A DNA stretch of 64,000 nt from Euryarchaeota archaeon UBA170 (GTDB taxonomy: Archaea > Thermoplasmatota > Poseidoniia > Poseidoniales > Thalassarchaeaceae), in the NCBI GenBank assembly GCA_002499345.1, contig DALF01000019.1, positions 11,021 to 75,020 of the forward strand, read 5' to 3'. The notes beneath the pieces were generated by a model. It was not told the origin of the DNA. It saw only the letters and a program-made list of their open reading frames with translations, and ran no database searches. Positions within the stretch are counted from its first letter, which is position 1. Every line of letters starts with the position of its first letter. Shown here piece by piece: positions 1-8,774 of the stretch. The position numbers and the translations under genes are program-made.

Positions 1-33
1 TGGCATGGAGACCACAATTTTGGATTTCCATTC

Positions 34-618
34 TTGATGCTCGATAGGAAGTATATCTCAAACAGAGATGCAAAAGTAGGTTTGGATGTATATCTAAGGC
101 CCGGGGGAAAAGATATTCTCTCAAGATTATGTAGATTGGGATTTCCTGGGAGTCTGGAGTCTCTGAATCAAATGCTAAGCTGGCACGAATCGGAGTATGA
201 GGTGATTGGTGAAACTGGTTGGAAATTCCATAGGTTTCCAGTTCTTCACAATCCAGAAACCGACCCTCATGGCTACGAACTGGTGCATGAATCTAACTTC
301 CGTCTACTCCACTGTGGCGATTCTGGACCCTGTGATGAAATTAATAATCGGGCAGAGAGAGCAGATGTAATTATCGTGGAGATGGGTATGCCGGATATTG
401 GGGAGTTCCCTCATCATCATCGTCCTTCGGACGTAATAGAATTGGCTTCCAGAAATCCTCATGCTAAGATTTTGGTTACACACAATTACTCTTCTGGGAA
501 AGGGTCCAAAGAAGGATTTATGATTCCAAATCTTCCTAGTACTATTTGTCAGTTGGAAGATGGAGATAGCTTGGTTATTGATGAAGAAGGATTATTCGAA
601 GTTATAAGAAAAAAATAG
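34..618 (+). CDS. Hypothetical protein, possibly 5'-truncated by the window edge. His/Asp-rich motifs (HCGDSGPC, HHHRPSD, ILVTHNY) weakly resemble the C-terminal part of a metallo-beta-lactamase-fold hydrolase.
   Basis: ORF begins 33 nt into the window; there is an upstream in-frame stop (TGA at 10-12), so truncation could only be through a non-ATG start. Motifs were read by eye; no strong family signature. Confidence 0.3.
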   Translation: MMLDRKYISNRDAKVGLDVYLRPGGKDILSRLCRLGFPGSLESLNQMLSWHESEYEVIGETGWKFHRFPVLHNPETDPHGYELVHESNFRLLHCGDSGPCDEINNRAERADVIIVEMGMPDIGEFPHHHRPSDVIELASRNPHAKILVTHNYSSGKGSKEGFMIPNLPSTICQLEDGDSLVIDEEGLFEVIRKK

Positions 619-1016
619 AAAAAATAACTAGCATATATACTAGGCAAAATATTTTGATGATCGGTCGAGCTTAATTTTCATAATCTAGAGCCTTCATGAT
701 TATACAATTGAGTCGTATGATAATTCAATACTGATTATATTACAATATGATTGTTATTTCATTCTAAGTGTAATAACTACATCTAGAAAAAATAAATGTT
801 ATCGTTGTACTGCTGATAAATTGAACACATAAAGATGGAGGGAGTGTAGAAAGTAAACTTCTATTCCACATAGTCTCACAAACCTAACATAAGCCTAATT
901 TCTACAGAGAGTCTTATTATCTCAAGCTTACTCGCTCTAACTCCACGTTTGCTAATAGACTACTCCAATGAGGAGTGGTGATGGTATGGAAGTGGGATGA
1001 CTTGGAGTGTTAAGAA
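619..1016. promoter_or_regulatory. AT-rich ~400 bp intergenic region immediately upstream of orc1/cdc6: candidate replication origin (oriC) with a duplex-unwinding element and repeated GGAGTG(T/G) and (T/C)TCCAC motifs.
   Basis: Region is about 70-75% AT. GGAGTGT occurs at about 842, GGAGTGG at about 971 and GGAGTGT at about 1004. TTCCACA occurs at about 855 and CTCCACG at about 940. A short dyad ACTCC-aatga-GGAGT lies at about 961-978. Archaeal origins are classically adjacent to orc1/cdc6. Confidence 0.4.
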
Positions 1017-2255
1017 ATGGAGGGAAACATTTTCGAAAAGATTCTCGGTCAGGAGAGCCTGTTCGTCGATAGGAAAATCTTTGATCATGCCTTTGAACCC
1101 GACAGTCTTCCTCATAGAGGCGATGAAGTAGACTCTCTTGTTAGAAATTTAGTAGATGCATTGAATGGGCACATTCCCTCGAATATGCTCCTATACGGGG
1201 TCCCCGGTTCTGGAAAGACTGTAGTCACTAGATACGTTCTGTCTCAGCTTCTTGACAAAGGGGCAGAGATGGGTGAGCCAGTCTTCAGTTACGAGATAAA
1301 TTGCAGAAATATAGACACCAAGTACAGAGTGGTTCAGAACATTGCCTCCCGTCTATCCAGACGGGGAGACTCACTAATTCCATTCACGGGGTGGCCGACA
1401 GATAGGGTATTGGAGACTCTAGTTTCAAGGATGGATAGAGAAGGCGGAGTCCACATTATCGTTCTTGATGAGATAGATAACCTTGTGGCTAGAGCGGGAG
1501 ATGGTATACTGTACAATCTCACGAACTTGAACACGATCCTTAAGTCATCCAGATGTTGTATAATTGGAATCAGTAATGACTTACACTTCACACAGCATCT
1601 TGATCCAAGAGTAAGTTCCAGATTGAGTCAGGAAGATTTGGTTTTCCATCCTTATGGGGCAATTCAGATTCAGGATATATTGGAAGAGAGGATTCTTTTG
1701 GGACTCAGGAATAATTCTTTGGATGGCGGAGTTATTGAGCTATGCTCTGCATTGGCGGCTCAAGAACATGGAGACGCCAGGAGGGCGCTAGACCTCCTCA
1801 GGATTTCTGTACAAAAGGCAGAGCAGCAGGGTCATGATATGGTCTCTCCTTCACATGTCAGGCTTGCACAGAGTCAACTTGAATACGATCAAGTCACACC
1901 GGTTCTCAAGACTCTTCCCCTGCATCAGAAACTGGTACTATTCTCTATCAAACTGAATGAAGAGAATGGCCTTAGAAATATCAGCACCGGGGAAGTGTAC
2001 AGAACCTACTCTGACGCCTGCTTGAAAATAGGTGTTGAACCGTTGACAGCGAGACGAATTTCTTCTCTCCTGAATGAGCTGGATACGCTCGGAATGATAA
2101 TGGCGAGGAATGTCAGCAAGGGAAGGGGAGGAAGGAGCAAGCAAGTTAACTCCGCGGTACCTAGTGGAATAGATGTGATACATACTTTGAGTAAATCTGA
2201 GCCATTGATTGCTCAAGCATCTGAAGAAAAATACGCTCTTCAAAGCAGATTATGA
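1017..2255 (+). CDS. cdc6: Orc1/Cdc6 replication initiator (AAA+ ATPase with C-terminal winged helix).
   Basis: Walker A LLYGVPGSGKTVV, Walker B IIVLDEIDNL, sensor region, C-terminal winged-helix segment; 412 aa, typical length. Confidence 0.9.
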   Translation: MEGNIFEKILGQESLFVDRKIFDHAFEPDSLPHRGDEVDSLVRNLVDALNGHIPSNMLLYGVPGSGKTVVTRYVLSQLLDKGAEMGEPVFSYEINCRNIDTKYRVVQNIASRLSRRGDSLIPFTGWPTDRVLETLVSRMDREGGVHIIVLDEIDNLVARAGDGILYNLTNLNTILKSSRCCIIGISNDLHFTQHLDPRVSSRLSQEDLVFHPYGAIQIQDILEERILLGLRNNSLDGGVIELCSALAAQEHGDARRALDLLRISVQKAEQQGHDMVSPSHVRLAQSQLEYDQVTPVLKTLPLHQKLVLFSIKLNEENGLRNISTGEVYRTYSDACLKIGVEPLTARRISSLLNELDTLGMIMARNVSKGRGGRSKQVNSAVPSGIDVIHTLSKSEPLIAQASEEKYALQSRL

Positions 2256-2313
2256 TTTTTCTTCACTCAGACAATGATTATACAGAAGTCCTAAGTCCCC
2301 GAGGCGTTGAACT

Positions 2314-2829
2314 ATGACTGACTCGGAATGGATGGATTCTTTGACACGCCCCAGTAAGACCGTGTCTGCTGCATTGGCACTGCTGGGCTCGTGGATTGTT
2401 TTCCTCGCTGTGGTTAATGTCTCAATAGGTGCCTACTCAGAAGGAAGGAAAGTCTTGTGGATAGACTTCTTCACTGGAGTCAGAGATTCCTCAACTACAG
2501 ATATGGCCTTAGTGATAGATGATGGCATGTTTGGTTTTATTGGCTTGGCTATCATTGGATTGGGAGCTATGGGGATGAATAATACTCATGAGTCTGGATT
2601 TAGTGGCTGGCTAAGAGGTTTACCAAGCTGTATTGTTGGGTGTTTATTTTCTTCCGAAAGAAGTACTAATGAGCTGATTTCTAGTTGGCTGGTCGCTCTT
2701 GGCGTCTTATTCTACCTTGCATGGAGTGTAATGGAGTATACTTGGGTAGATCCAGGAGTTTACTCGGTTGCAGCTGTTTTAGTGTCTTTCGGAGTTGGGA
2801 TTGGGTTTCTAGAAGAGTCCTCAAATTAG
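2314..2829 (+). CDS. Hypothetical integral membrane protein (about 4 TM helices).
   Basis: Hydrophobic stretches throughout; no recognisable catalytic motif. Confidence 0.4.
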   Translation: MTDSEWMDSLTRPSKTVSAALALLGSWIVFLAVVNVSIGAYSEGRKVLWIDFFTGVRDSSTTDMALVIDDGMFGFIGLAIIGLGAMGMNNTHESGFSGWLRGLPSCIVGCLFSSERSTNELISSWLVALGVLFYLAWSVMEYTWVDPGVYSVAAVLVSFGVGIGFLEESSN

Positions 2830-2832
2830 GGT

Positions 2833-3870
2833 TTAATTTGAGTTTACATCCATAGAACCTAGTAGATCCCTACATCTAGACTTTGAATCCAAATCAGTTA
2901 GTCTGATTACTACCCCTCTACCTGGCTGTCCATAGAGAATTACTGCTCCCAATGGAGCTAGTGGATGTAATATCAAAGGTGCTAGATCTTCCTCCCCCTC
3001 TACGATAATGAGGGTCGATTCTGAGTTTTCTTTATTTTCATTATATCCAAATTTCGTCATAGATTGAAAGCAACAATGGTATAATTCGGGAGTTATAGAT
3101 CCTGCTGGATTACGGCACTTTAACACACAATCGTATAGATTTTCATCTATTTCTGAAGCTTGATCCCATCTCTTACGCTTTGTCATTCCATCGATAATCG
3201 CTATATCTGCTGGTTTGTTCAAGTCCTGTAGAGTTTTCACTGTCACATCCCCTACTGCTATTATCGGACCATGTTCATTGGAGATTCTTTCTAAAACATT
3301 AATCATGGCATTCTCTGGTTTATTCTCATCCCCTTCAACTAGGAGTCCAAAGGGAGTTTTCAGCTTCTCCTCTACCACTGAATTAAGCGATATAGTAGAT
3401 TTTCCAATTTCCTCATTTAACCAAGCCCTACCGTCCCTGTCTGTGAGTCCCATTCTGATATTTGTACTAGAAACGACCTCTCCGTTACTATCCAATATGG
3501 GGTCGACAATTATTGTATGGAGAGTATTCAATTTATTTTGAGCCCTGATTTTATTTATTTCATCGCAGTTGGATATTGTTTCACGTGTACAAATAATTAC
3601 TTCCGCGGATTCATGCGAAGGTGCGGGGCCGTATTCATCTTCAAGAACATGGAAAGACACTCTATGTTGTAACTCGGGAGACAGTGATTTCATAATGAGT
3701 TCCTTTCTATCATCCCATGACCCTATTCTCTTATCCTTCCTTTTTGCTAAGATATCACTTGTCATCCATATCTCTAACATATCGCATTCATTGAGTCCGA
3801 TTTCCAGTAATTTTTGATGCCCTACGTGGAATCTATCGAAGGTCCCCCCAACTAAACCCAATGACATCAT
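2833..3870 (-). CDS. Bifunctional CoA biosynthesis protein: N-terminal archaeal-type phosphopantetheine adenylyltransferase (cytidylyltransferase fold) fused to a C-terminal DUF359-type GTP-dependent dephospho-CoA kinase.
   Basis: N-terminal GGTFDRFHVGHQ (nucleotidyltransferase HxGH motif) and VSSTNIR (ISSTxIR motif). C-terminal IIVEGEEDLAPL...GQPGRGVV matches the DUF359/COG1909 signature. The ORF in the track extends to 3945, but the conserved domain begins at the MMSLG Met codons (3867-3870), so the start is probably internal. Confidence 0.7.
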   Translation of the reverse strand: MMSLGLVGGTFDRFHVGHQKLLEIGLNECDMLEIWMTSDILAKRKDKRIGSWDDRKELIMKSLSPELQHRVSFHVLEDEYGPAPSHESAEVIICTRETISNCDEINKIRAQNKLNTLHTIIVDPILDSNGEVVSSTNIRMGLTDRDGRAWLNEEIGKSTISLNSVVEEKLKTPFGLLVEGDENKPENAMINVLERISNEHGPIIAVGDVTVKTLQDLNKPADIAIIDGMTKRKRWDQASEIDENLYDCVLKCRNPAGSITPELYHCCFQSMTKFGYNENKENSESTLIIVEGEEDLAPLILHPLAPLGAVILYGQPGRGVVIRLTDLDSKSRCRDLLGSMDVNSN

Positions 3871-4233
3871 CGACACCCTGCTAGAGGAATAAGTCTTGAG
3901 GGCTTTGGAAGAATGTGTGCCCCGGGGCGTAACGGCGGCCTTCACAGCTGAGCTCGGGCGCCTGACCCACCCCGGGACGTCTGTCGGACAATGGGGTAGT
4001 CCCTTGATTCATCCCCAATGGGTCCTCAGGGGACCTAACACGGTCCGGCCACCTGATTTGCGCCAGTGATCATTTCGTCACAGACGATCCCACTGGTCTT
4101 CGACAGATGGCTACCCAAACGTGGTACCATGTTTCATCCTCAACCTCCGGCGAGGGGGTTTTGTCAACATGGTGTTGCCGTTGGGCGTTTCTCCGCACCC
4201 AATGTAGGAAATGAACCCCCCGGTTGACAAATT
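3871..4233. other. GC-rich (about 55-60% GC) non-coding island of about 360 bp with no ORF of 60 aa or more on either strand; candidate structured RNA or unusually long 5' leader.
   Basis: Composition contrasts with the roughly 45% GC flanks and the 25-30% GC typical of intergenic regions here. It lies between two minus-strand genes. I searched both strands for RNase P P4 (GGAAAGUCC) and SRP helix-8 (CCGGAAGG/AGCAGCC) cores and found neither. Confidence 0.3.
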
Positions 4234-6849
4234 CTATTCGAATGTAGATTTTGATAACAGACCCTCGTGAAATCCTGATGACTTCAGGAGTAGTCTTTCA
4301 ACTACATTCTTGTCGCCTTTTATTATTGAATCAGTTGTGAAATTAGGCCATTTGTAGAGAGGCTGTCCCAGCCACCCCACCAAAGGATGGGTCTTACCTA
4401 TTCCTGGAGGCCTATTCTCATTAATTGCATTCAGAGACTCTAGGAGGTCTGTGAGAGCTTCGGCTCCATTGGGAATCTCTTCCTTTACTCTGAATCTACG
4501 AGACAAAAGACCTCTAATTTTAGGTCCGCATCCATCGTATTGCAAGTCATTATTGAAGGGGAATTCACTTTTTGTACCAATGGGCCTCAAGATTGCCGCT
4601 GACCATGATATATCCCTTTCAATTAGCCAAGAAAATATCTTATCCTCCTGAAGCGCCCATTCCAGTAAATCAGAGGAGATATGCGCCCACCATTCCATAG
4701 GTAGATTATTGATAATCTGCTCTGCATGTTCAATCGTGGGCTCCTCCTGCCCGGTAATTATTTGGTTCAATGTAGACCATGTTTTAATATCATGGCCAAA
4801 TGGTAAATCAACGGCCCTAGAAAGTATTTTTTCCAGTATTACTCTAGTCCTTTCCTCTGAAAAGTTATGATTTGAAGAAATTAACCATAACAATCCTTGC
4901 AGAGTCTTGACAGAGCGAGTGGGAGGATTAGCTAGCCATACTTCTAGTGCCCAGTCCAGTAAATCTCCATGTAGAGATTCGGGTAACCAAGCTGAGTTCG
5001 CCAATAATTGTGATGCGACCCAAGATGAGCCTCTGGTGGCATTCATTGAATCTATCGTAGGCCTTGATCTAAGTGCAGAATTCTGATCAGAACGAAGTAG
5101 CCTGGTAAATTCTTTAGAGAATAGATCCAAGACCGATTGTGGCGCTACATTGGCAACTTCCGAAAGCCCCTCCAGGGGGAGGAAATCAAAATCTAGTATT
5201 GAAAGCCACTCGGGATCAAGTCTAGAGCTCAGCCTCTGCCACCTAGGCCATCTAGAACGTGGGGTTGATGCGATCCATGATGCGATCGGATATCTGGCTT
5301 CCATCCTATTTGCCCAGTCCTCATTTCCCTCAGGGTATTGAGATATTGCAGACTTGATTATTGACATATATTCCCGATCTTCAATGTTAGAGACTAAGGC
5401 CTGAAGTTCACTGGTAATATGATCATTCTTTTTCCCTGTGATTGAAATATCGTGAGGATTGGGAGAATGAAGTACTGGGTCTACGATTCTTACTGGCATC
5501 TCCCTGCCTCCACTGGTTCTAAGGCTCATCCAAGGAAGTGGCCTGAGTGCATCGATAGTCAGAGTATCTAAATTCAAAAAGGATTGGAATCTTTTTTCGA
5601 CAAGTGCCATCCTTAAATTTTCACTAGAGGACACCAAATTTAGTAAGTCCTTGGAGGCATCTTTTGGAATATCGATAACCAAGGGAGAGGTTCCTTCTGT
5701 AGAAATTGCCCATCTAGTTAGTGATTCTGAAGCCGCCTTCCCTAGGCCCCTAGTATCCAAAAGTCTGGGCGACATATCTGATGAAGAGAACTCTGAATTG
5801 CCCCAGTCCTGTCTGAATCTCCTCCATGTTGAGTCTTCAGTCCTGACTCTTCTTGTTCCTAATACTCTGTCTTTCAATGCTTGGCATCTTCTTGATCTCT
5901 CTGATTCAGAGAGGCGTGGGTGAGCTATAGAAATCCAGTGTTCCAGAGACTCAATGGGATATTTCTCTCCTTCTGACTCGAACCCACTGAGATCGGCGAT
6001 AATCAATGAGCCATTCCTAGATGCCTTGAGTAGCATGGACCTTGGAAGTCTTTCAGATACCACGGCTATCATAGGTGAAGAGGGCCTGATGTCTGGGGCC
6101 ATATCGTGACATCTTGCAAGAACCCATTGGCCCCTGTGCATGGATGCTTCAGGGAGTGGGGGCTTTGGTCTGTGAATCGGTCCTGAGAACCATTTTCCGG
6201 GTGCTATGGCGATAGGCCGTCCCTCTTCTAACAGCTTAGCCCTGATAATGCCAATAACCGATTCACTCTCTGAAAATGTTTCAATTTTTTCCTTATCATA
6301 TACTGGAGGAGCCGCCCTATATTCATTGGTTGCCAAGTCGATCCATCTTGGTGACCTTTCCTTCAGAACCGCCCAGCTCCAAGGAACCCCCTCAGTTCCA
6401 CTGGAGAATTGTTCCATTTCTATTTCTCGTGGGGGCCTGTCGGGAATTGGCATCAGAGGAGAAGAAGGTTGTACTGACAACCCCAATAAAAGATTAGGAC
6501 CATCACGGAAAAGTATGCAATAGTCTCCTCGTTCTCTTGAGATCGGAATTGCCTCTGAGGCTAGTGCCAATTCATCTGACTTTATTGCTAACCATCCTGA
6601 TTCAGTGAGATGTAGTTTTGCTCCTCTGCTTCCAGGTGGCATATCGCTGTCTACCAGTGTAGCGTTTCTTAGCCTCCTGATCTCTGCTGAAGCATGGGGA
6701 ACTCTGATTCCAGTTGCAGTGGCTATCTCACTTACTGTGAATCTACCCTCTGCAAGAAATCCGAGGATTCGTCTCTTATTCCTACTTCTAATTTTTGAGG
6801 GCGAAATTATTTCGTCGGTATTCACGAGGAATTTGGAATCATCCGACAT
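4234..6849 (-). CDS. Large (871 aa) hypothetical protein with an N-terminal winged-helix DNA-binding domain (ArsR/MarR-like); the rest is Trp/Leu-rich with no recognisable family.
   Basis: N-terminus RRILGFLAEGRFTVSEIATATGIRVPHASAEIRRLRNATLV...GAKLHLTESGW has the helix-turn-helix plus wing pattern. Long uninterrupted ORF with a coding-like composition. Confidence 0.55.
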   Translation of the reverse strand: MSDDSKFLVNTDEIISPSKIRSRNKRRILGFLAEGRFTVSEIATATGIRVPHASAEIRRLRNATLVDSDMPPGSRGAKLHLTESGWLAIKSDELALASEAIPISRERGDYCILFRDGPNLLLGLSVQPSSPLMPIPDRPPREIEMEQFSSGTEGVPWSWAVLKERSPRWIDLATNEYRAAPPVYDKEKIETFSESESVIGIIRAKLLEEGRPIAIAPGKWFSGPIHRPKPPLPEASMHRGQWVLARCHDMAPDIRPSSPMIAVVSERLPRSMLLKASRNGSLIIADLSGFESEGEKYPIESLEHWISIAHPRLSESERSRRCQALKDRVLGTRRVRTEDSTWRRFRQDWGNSEFSSSDMSPRLLDTRGLGKAASESLTRWAISTEGTSPLVIDIPKDASKDLLNLVSSSENLRMALVEKRFQSFLNLDTLTIDALRPLPWMSLRTSGGREMPVRIVDPVLHSPNPHDISITGKKNDHITSELQALVSNIEDREYMSIIKSAISQYPEGNEDWANRMEARYPIASWIASTPRSRWPRWQRLSSRLDPEWLSILDFDFLPLEGLSEVANVAPQSVLDLFSKEFTRLLRSDQNSALRSRPTIDSMNATRGSSWVASQLLANSAWLPESLHGDLLDWALEVWLANPPTRSVKTLQGLLWLISSNHNFSEERTRVILEKILSRAVDLPFGHDIKTWSTLNQIITGQEEPTIEHAEQIINNLPMEWWAHISSDLLEWALQEDKIFSWLIERDISWSAAILRPIGTKSEFPFNNDLQYDGCGPKIRGLLSRRFRVKEEIPNGAEALTDLLESLNAINENRPPGIGKTHPLVGWLGQPLYKWPNFTTDSIIKGDKNVVERLLLKSSGFHEGLLSKSTFE

Positions 6850-7107
6850 GATTTACCACCATTGAATCATTCCACATTAGTTATTTGTAATAAAATCATC
6901 TGAATAGTTACATTTTATTACATATTTCTATTGGAGAAGTGGTAGGTTCCATTTCAACACCGAATACTTACACCGTAATTATGCTATTTACCGTGATGAT
7001 AGGTAACTAAAGTTGGCTATATCGTACAGAACGGTTATATCAGTGTCTGCTATCCTGTGTACATCGGGTAAGTAACGGGGACCGGTAATCAGGAGAGACG
7101 GGAAGAT

Positions 7108-7380
7108 ATGACATCGGATAATATCCGAAAAATGATCAGGAAGTTCGTTTCAGAGAGGCCTAGAAATACGGCCGAAATAGCTAATTGGTTAGAAGGAAGG
7201 TCAGAATTTGGAGATACACACAACGATATCTCAGGTGTACTAGAATCTGACAGATCGATAATCAGAATTGGCACAATTAGGAGAAGCGGCATTTCTGGTC
7301 GCGAGTACCCACTATCAGAATGGGCAACTGAAGAGTGGGTAGCTCATCATGAGCGTGAAAAGCCCGTTAAGGAGGAGTAA
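7108..7380 (+). CDS. Small (90 aa) winged-helix-like protein, paralogue of the adjacent gene.
   Basis: IRKMIRKFVSERPRNTAEIANWLEG...GISGREYPLSEW. Shares the pattern [IL]R..I.KF...R....T.EI...(25 aa)..R.G.SGR.Y.[LI]..W with the next ORF and resembles the N-terminus of the 871-aa protein. Confidence 0.5.
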   Translation: MTSDNIRKMIRKFVSERPRNTAEIANWLEGRSEFGDTHNDISGVLESDRSIIRIGTIRRSGISGREYPLSEWATEEWVAHHEREKPVKEE

Positions 7381-7383
7381 AAA

Positions 7384-7638
7384 ATGAGAACTACAAGACT
7401 TAGGCAAAAAATCAAGAAATTCCTGCACTCGAGAGGTGAGGCCAATACTACCGAAATCCTAGAACATGTGAATACAACAATGAGGCATGGTACCACTCCC
7501 CAACAACTTGGAAACGTTCTCTCCAAGGACAAAGATATCATGAAGGTTGCAACCACTAAGAGGGGTGGTGCCTTATCCGGGCGGTATGAAATATGTGTCT
7601 GGCAACTAAGACCTGGAGTTCTCGACGGGGAGAACTGA
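7384..7638 (+). CDS. Small (84 aa) winged-helix-like protein, tandem paralogue of 7108..7380.
   Basis: LRQKIKKFLHSRGEANTTEILEHVN...GALSGRYEICVW; 4-bp spacing from the upstream paralogue, so likely co-transcribed. Confidence 0.5.
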   Translation: MRTTRLRQKIKKFLHSRGEANTTEILEHVNTTMRHGTTPQQLGNVLSKDKDIMKVATTKRGGALSGRYEICVWQLRPGVLDGEN

Positions 7639-7693
7639 TTCTCCCCTCCAGAATCAAAGATCTACCAGTCCCACATAGCTCCTGACGCTGAAT

Positions 7694-8710
7694 TTAGATT
7701 TCTAAATCTGCGGACCAGTTGCCACTTCGAGCGAGACTATTCATCTTGGCCCGATGTACAAAGGCATTCTGACTTTCTGTCTTGGAATCGTTCGCCCAAG
7801 TCTGCAGCGCGTGTGCGAGTAGGGCTCTTCCATAGGAGTAGGACAATTGCCAAGGGTGTTCAATATCCATAGAATTCATCAAATTAAGATGAGCAGTTGC
7901 ATCTTCGTCAGATTGACCTCCTGACAGGAATACAACTCCCTCGACCTCCTCGGGAACATTCTTGGAAAGGCACTCTACAGTAAGATCGGCTACCTCTTCC
8001 CTGGAAATCTGTTCCCCTGATTCCTTTCCGGCCATTATCATGTTTGGCTTGAGTAGAGTCCCGGGCAGGTGGACTCCTTGATTTCTACAGTCTATGAATG
8101 TCTGAGAAAGAATTTCAGAAGTAACCTGATAGCACCTCTCTGCATTGTGGTCCCCCTCCATGAGGACCTCTGGCTCAATTATGGGAACTAATCCTTGCTC
8201 TTGGCAAATTGATGCATACCGGGCCAAGGCATGCGCATTCGTGGAGATATTGGCTGAACTAGGCATATTTTGTCCAATCTTAATGACAGCGCGCCACTTG
8301 GCGAATCGTGCCCCCATAGAGAAATACTCGGCACATCTATCCCTGAGTCCGTCTAGTCCTTCTGTGATTTTCTCACCTGAATAATTAGCTAGATCTTTTG
8401 CCCCGGTGTCGACCTTGATTCCAGGGTGGACTCCTCTGCTCGCTAGATACTCTGGAATAGGGGTTCCATCGTCCATGGCCTGACGGATTGTTTCATCGAA
8501 GAGAATGACTCCACTTATGGCGGACTCATATCCCTCTGTTGCAAATATGTTAGCCCTGTATTTCCTTCGAGTCTCGGGAGATGGTTCGATACCAACTGCC
8601 TCCAATCTACTGGACATTGTTCCATTGCTTTCATCTGCGGCCAGAATTCCCTTCCCAGATGCTACCAATTCTCTTGCTGTATTCTCAAGAAGTTGCTTAT
8701 CCATATCCAC
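7694..8710 (-). CDS. fba: Fructose-bisphosphate aldolase, class I (eukaryotic type).
   Basis: SGKGILAADESNGT active-site region characteristic of class I glycolytic aldolases; 338 aa. Confidence 0.85.
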   Translation of the reverse strand: MDMDKQLLENTARELVASGKGILAADESNGTMSSRLEAVGIEPSPETRRKYRANIFATEGYESAISGVILFDETIRQAMDDGTPIPEYLASRGVHPGIKVDTGAKDLANYSGEKITEGLDGLRDRCAEYFSMGARFAKWRAVIKIGQNMPSSANISTNAHALARYASICQEQGLVPIIEPEVLMEGDHNAERCYQVTSEILSQTFIDCRNQGVHLPGTLLKPNMIMAGKESGEQISREEVADLTVECLSKNVPEEVEGVVFLSGGQSDEDATAHLNLMNSMDIEHPWQLSYSYGRALLAHALQTWANDSKTESQNAFVHRAKMNSLARSGNWSADLEI

Positions 8711-8774
8711 TACCGAATGCTACGACCGAGTTATGAGAAATTAATCCATCGTTGAAAGGATTTGTTAAGAAGAG

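Noticed and set aside
1334-2243. Antisense ORFs (1334..1591 -, 1938..2243 -) inside orc1/cdc6.
   Set aside because: They lie entirely within a strongly supported CDS on the opposite strand and have no motifs; they are typical shadow ORFs. The same applies to many other internal antisense ORFs in the track (for example inside cdc48 at 59802..60617, inside the thermosome gene at 41888..42565, and inside hbd at 14708..15385).
3871-4233. Tested the GC-rich island for RNase P RNA, SRP RNA and tRNA.
   Set aside because: No GGAAAGUCC P4 core, no CCGGAAGG/AGCAGCC helix-8 core, and no GTTC(A/G)AATC T-loop on either strand; left as an unclassified candidate RNA rather than a named ncRNA.
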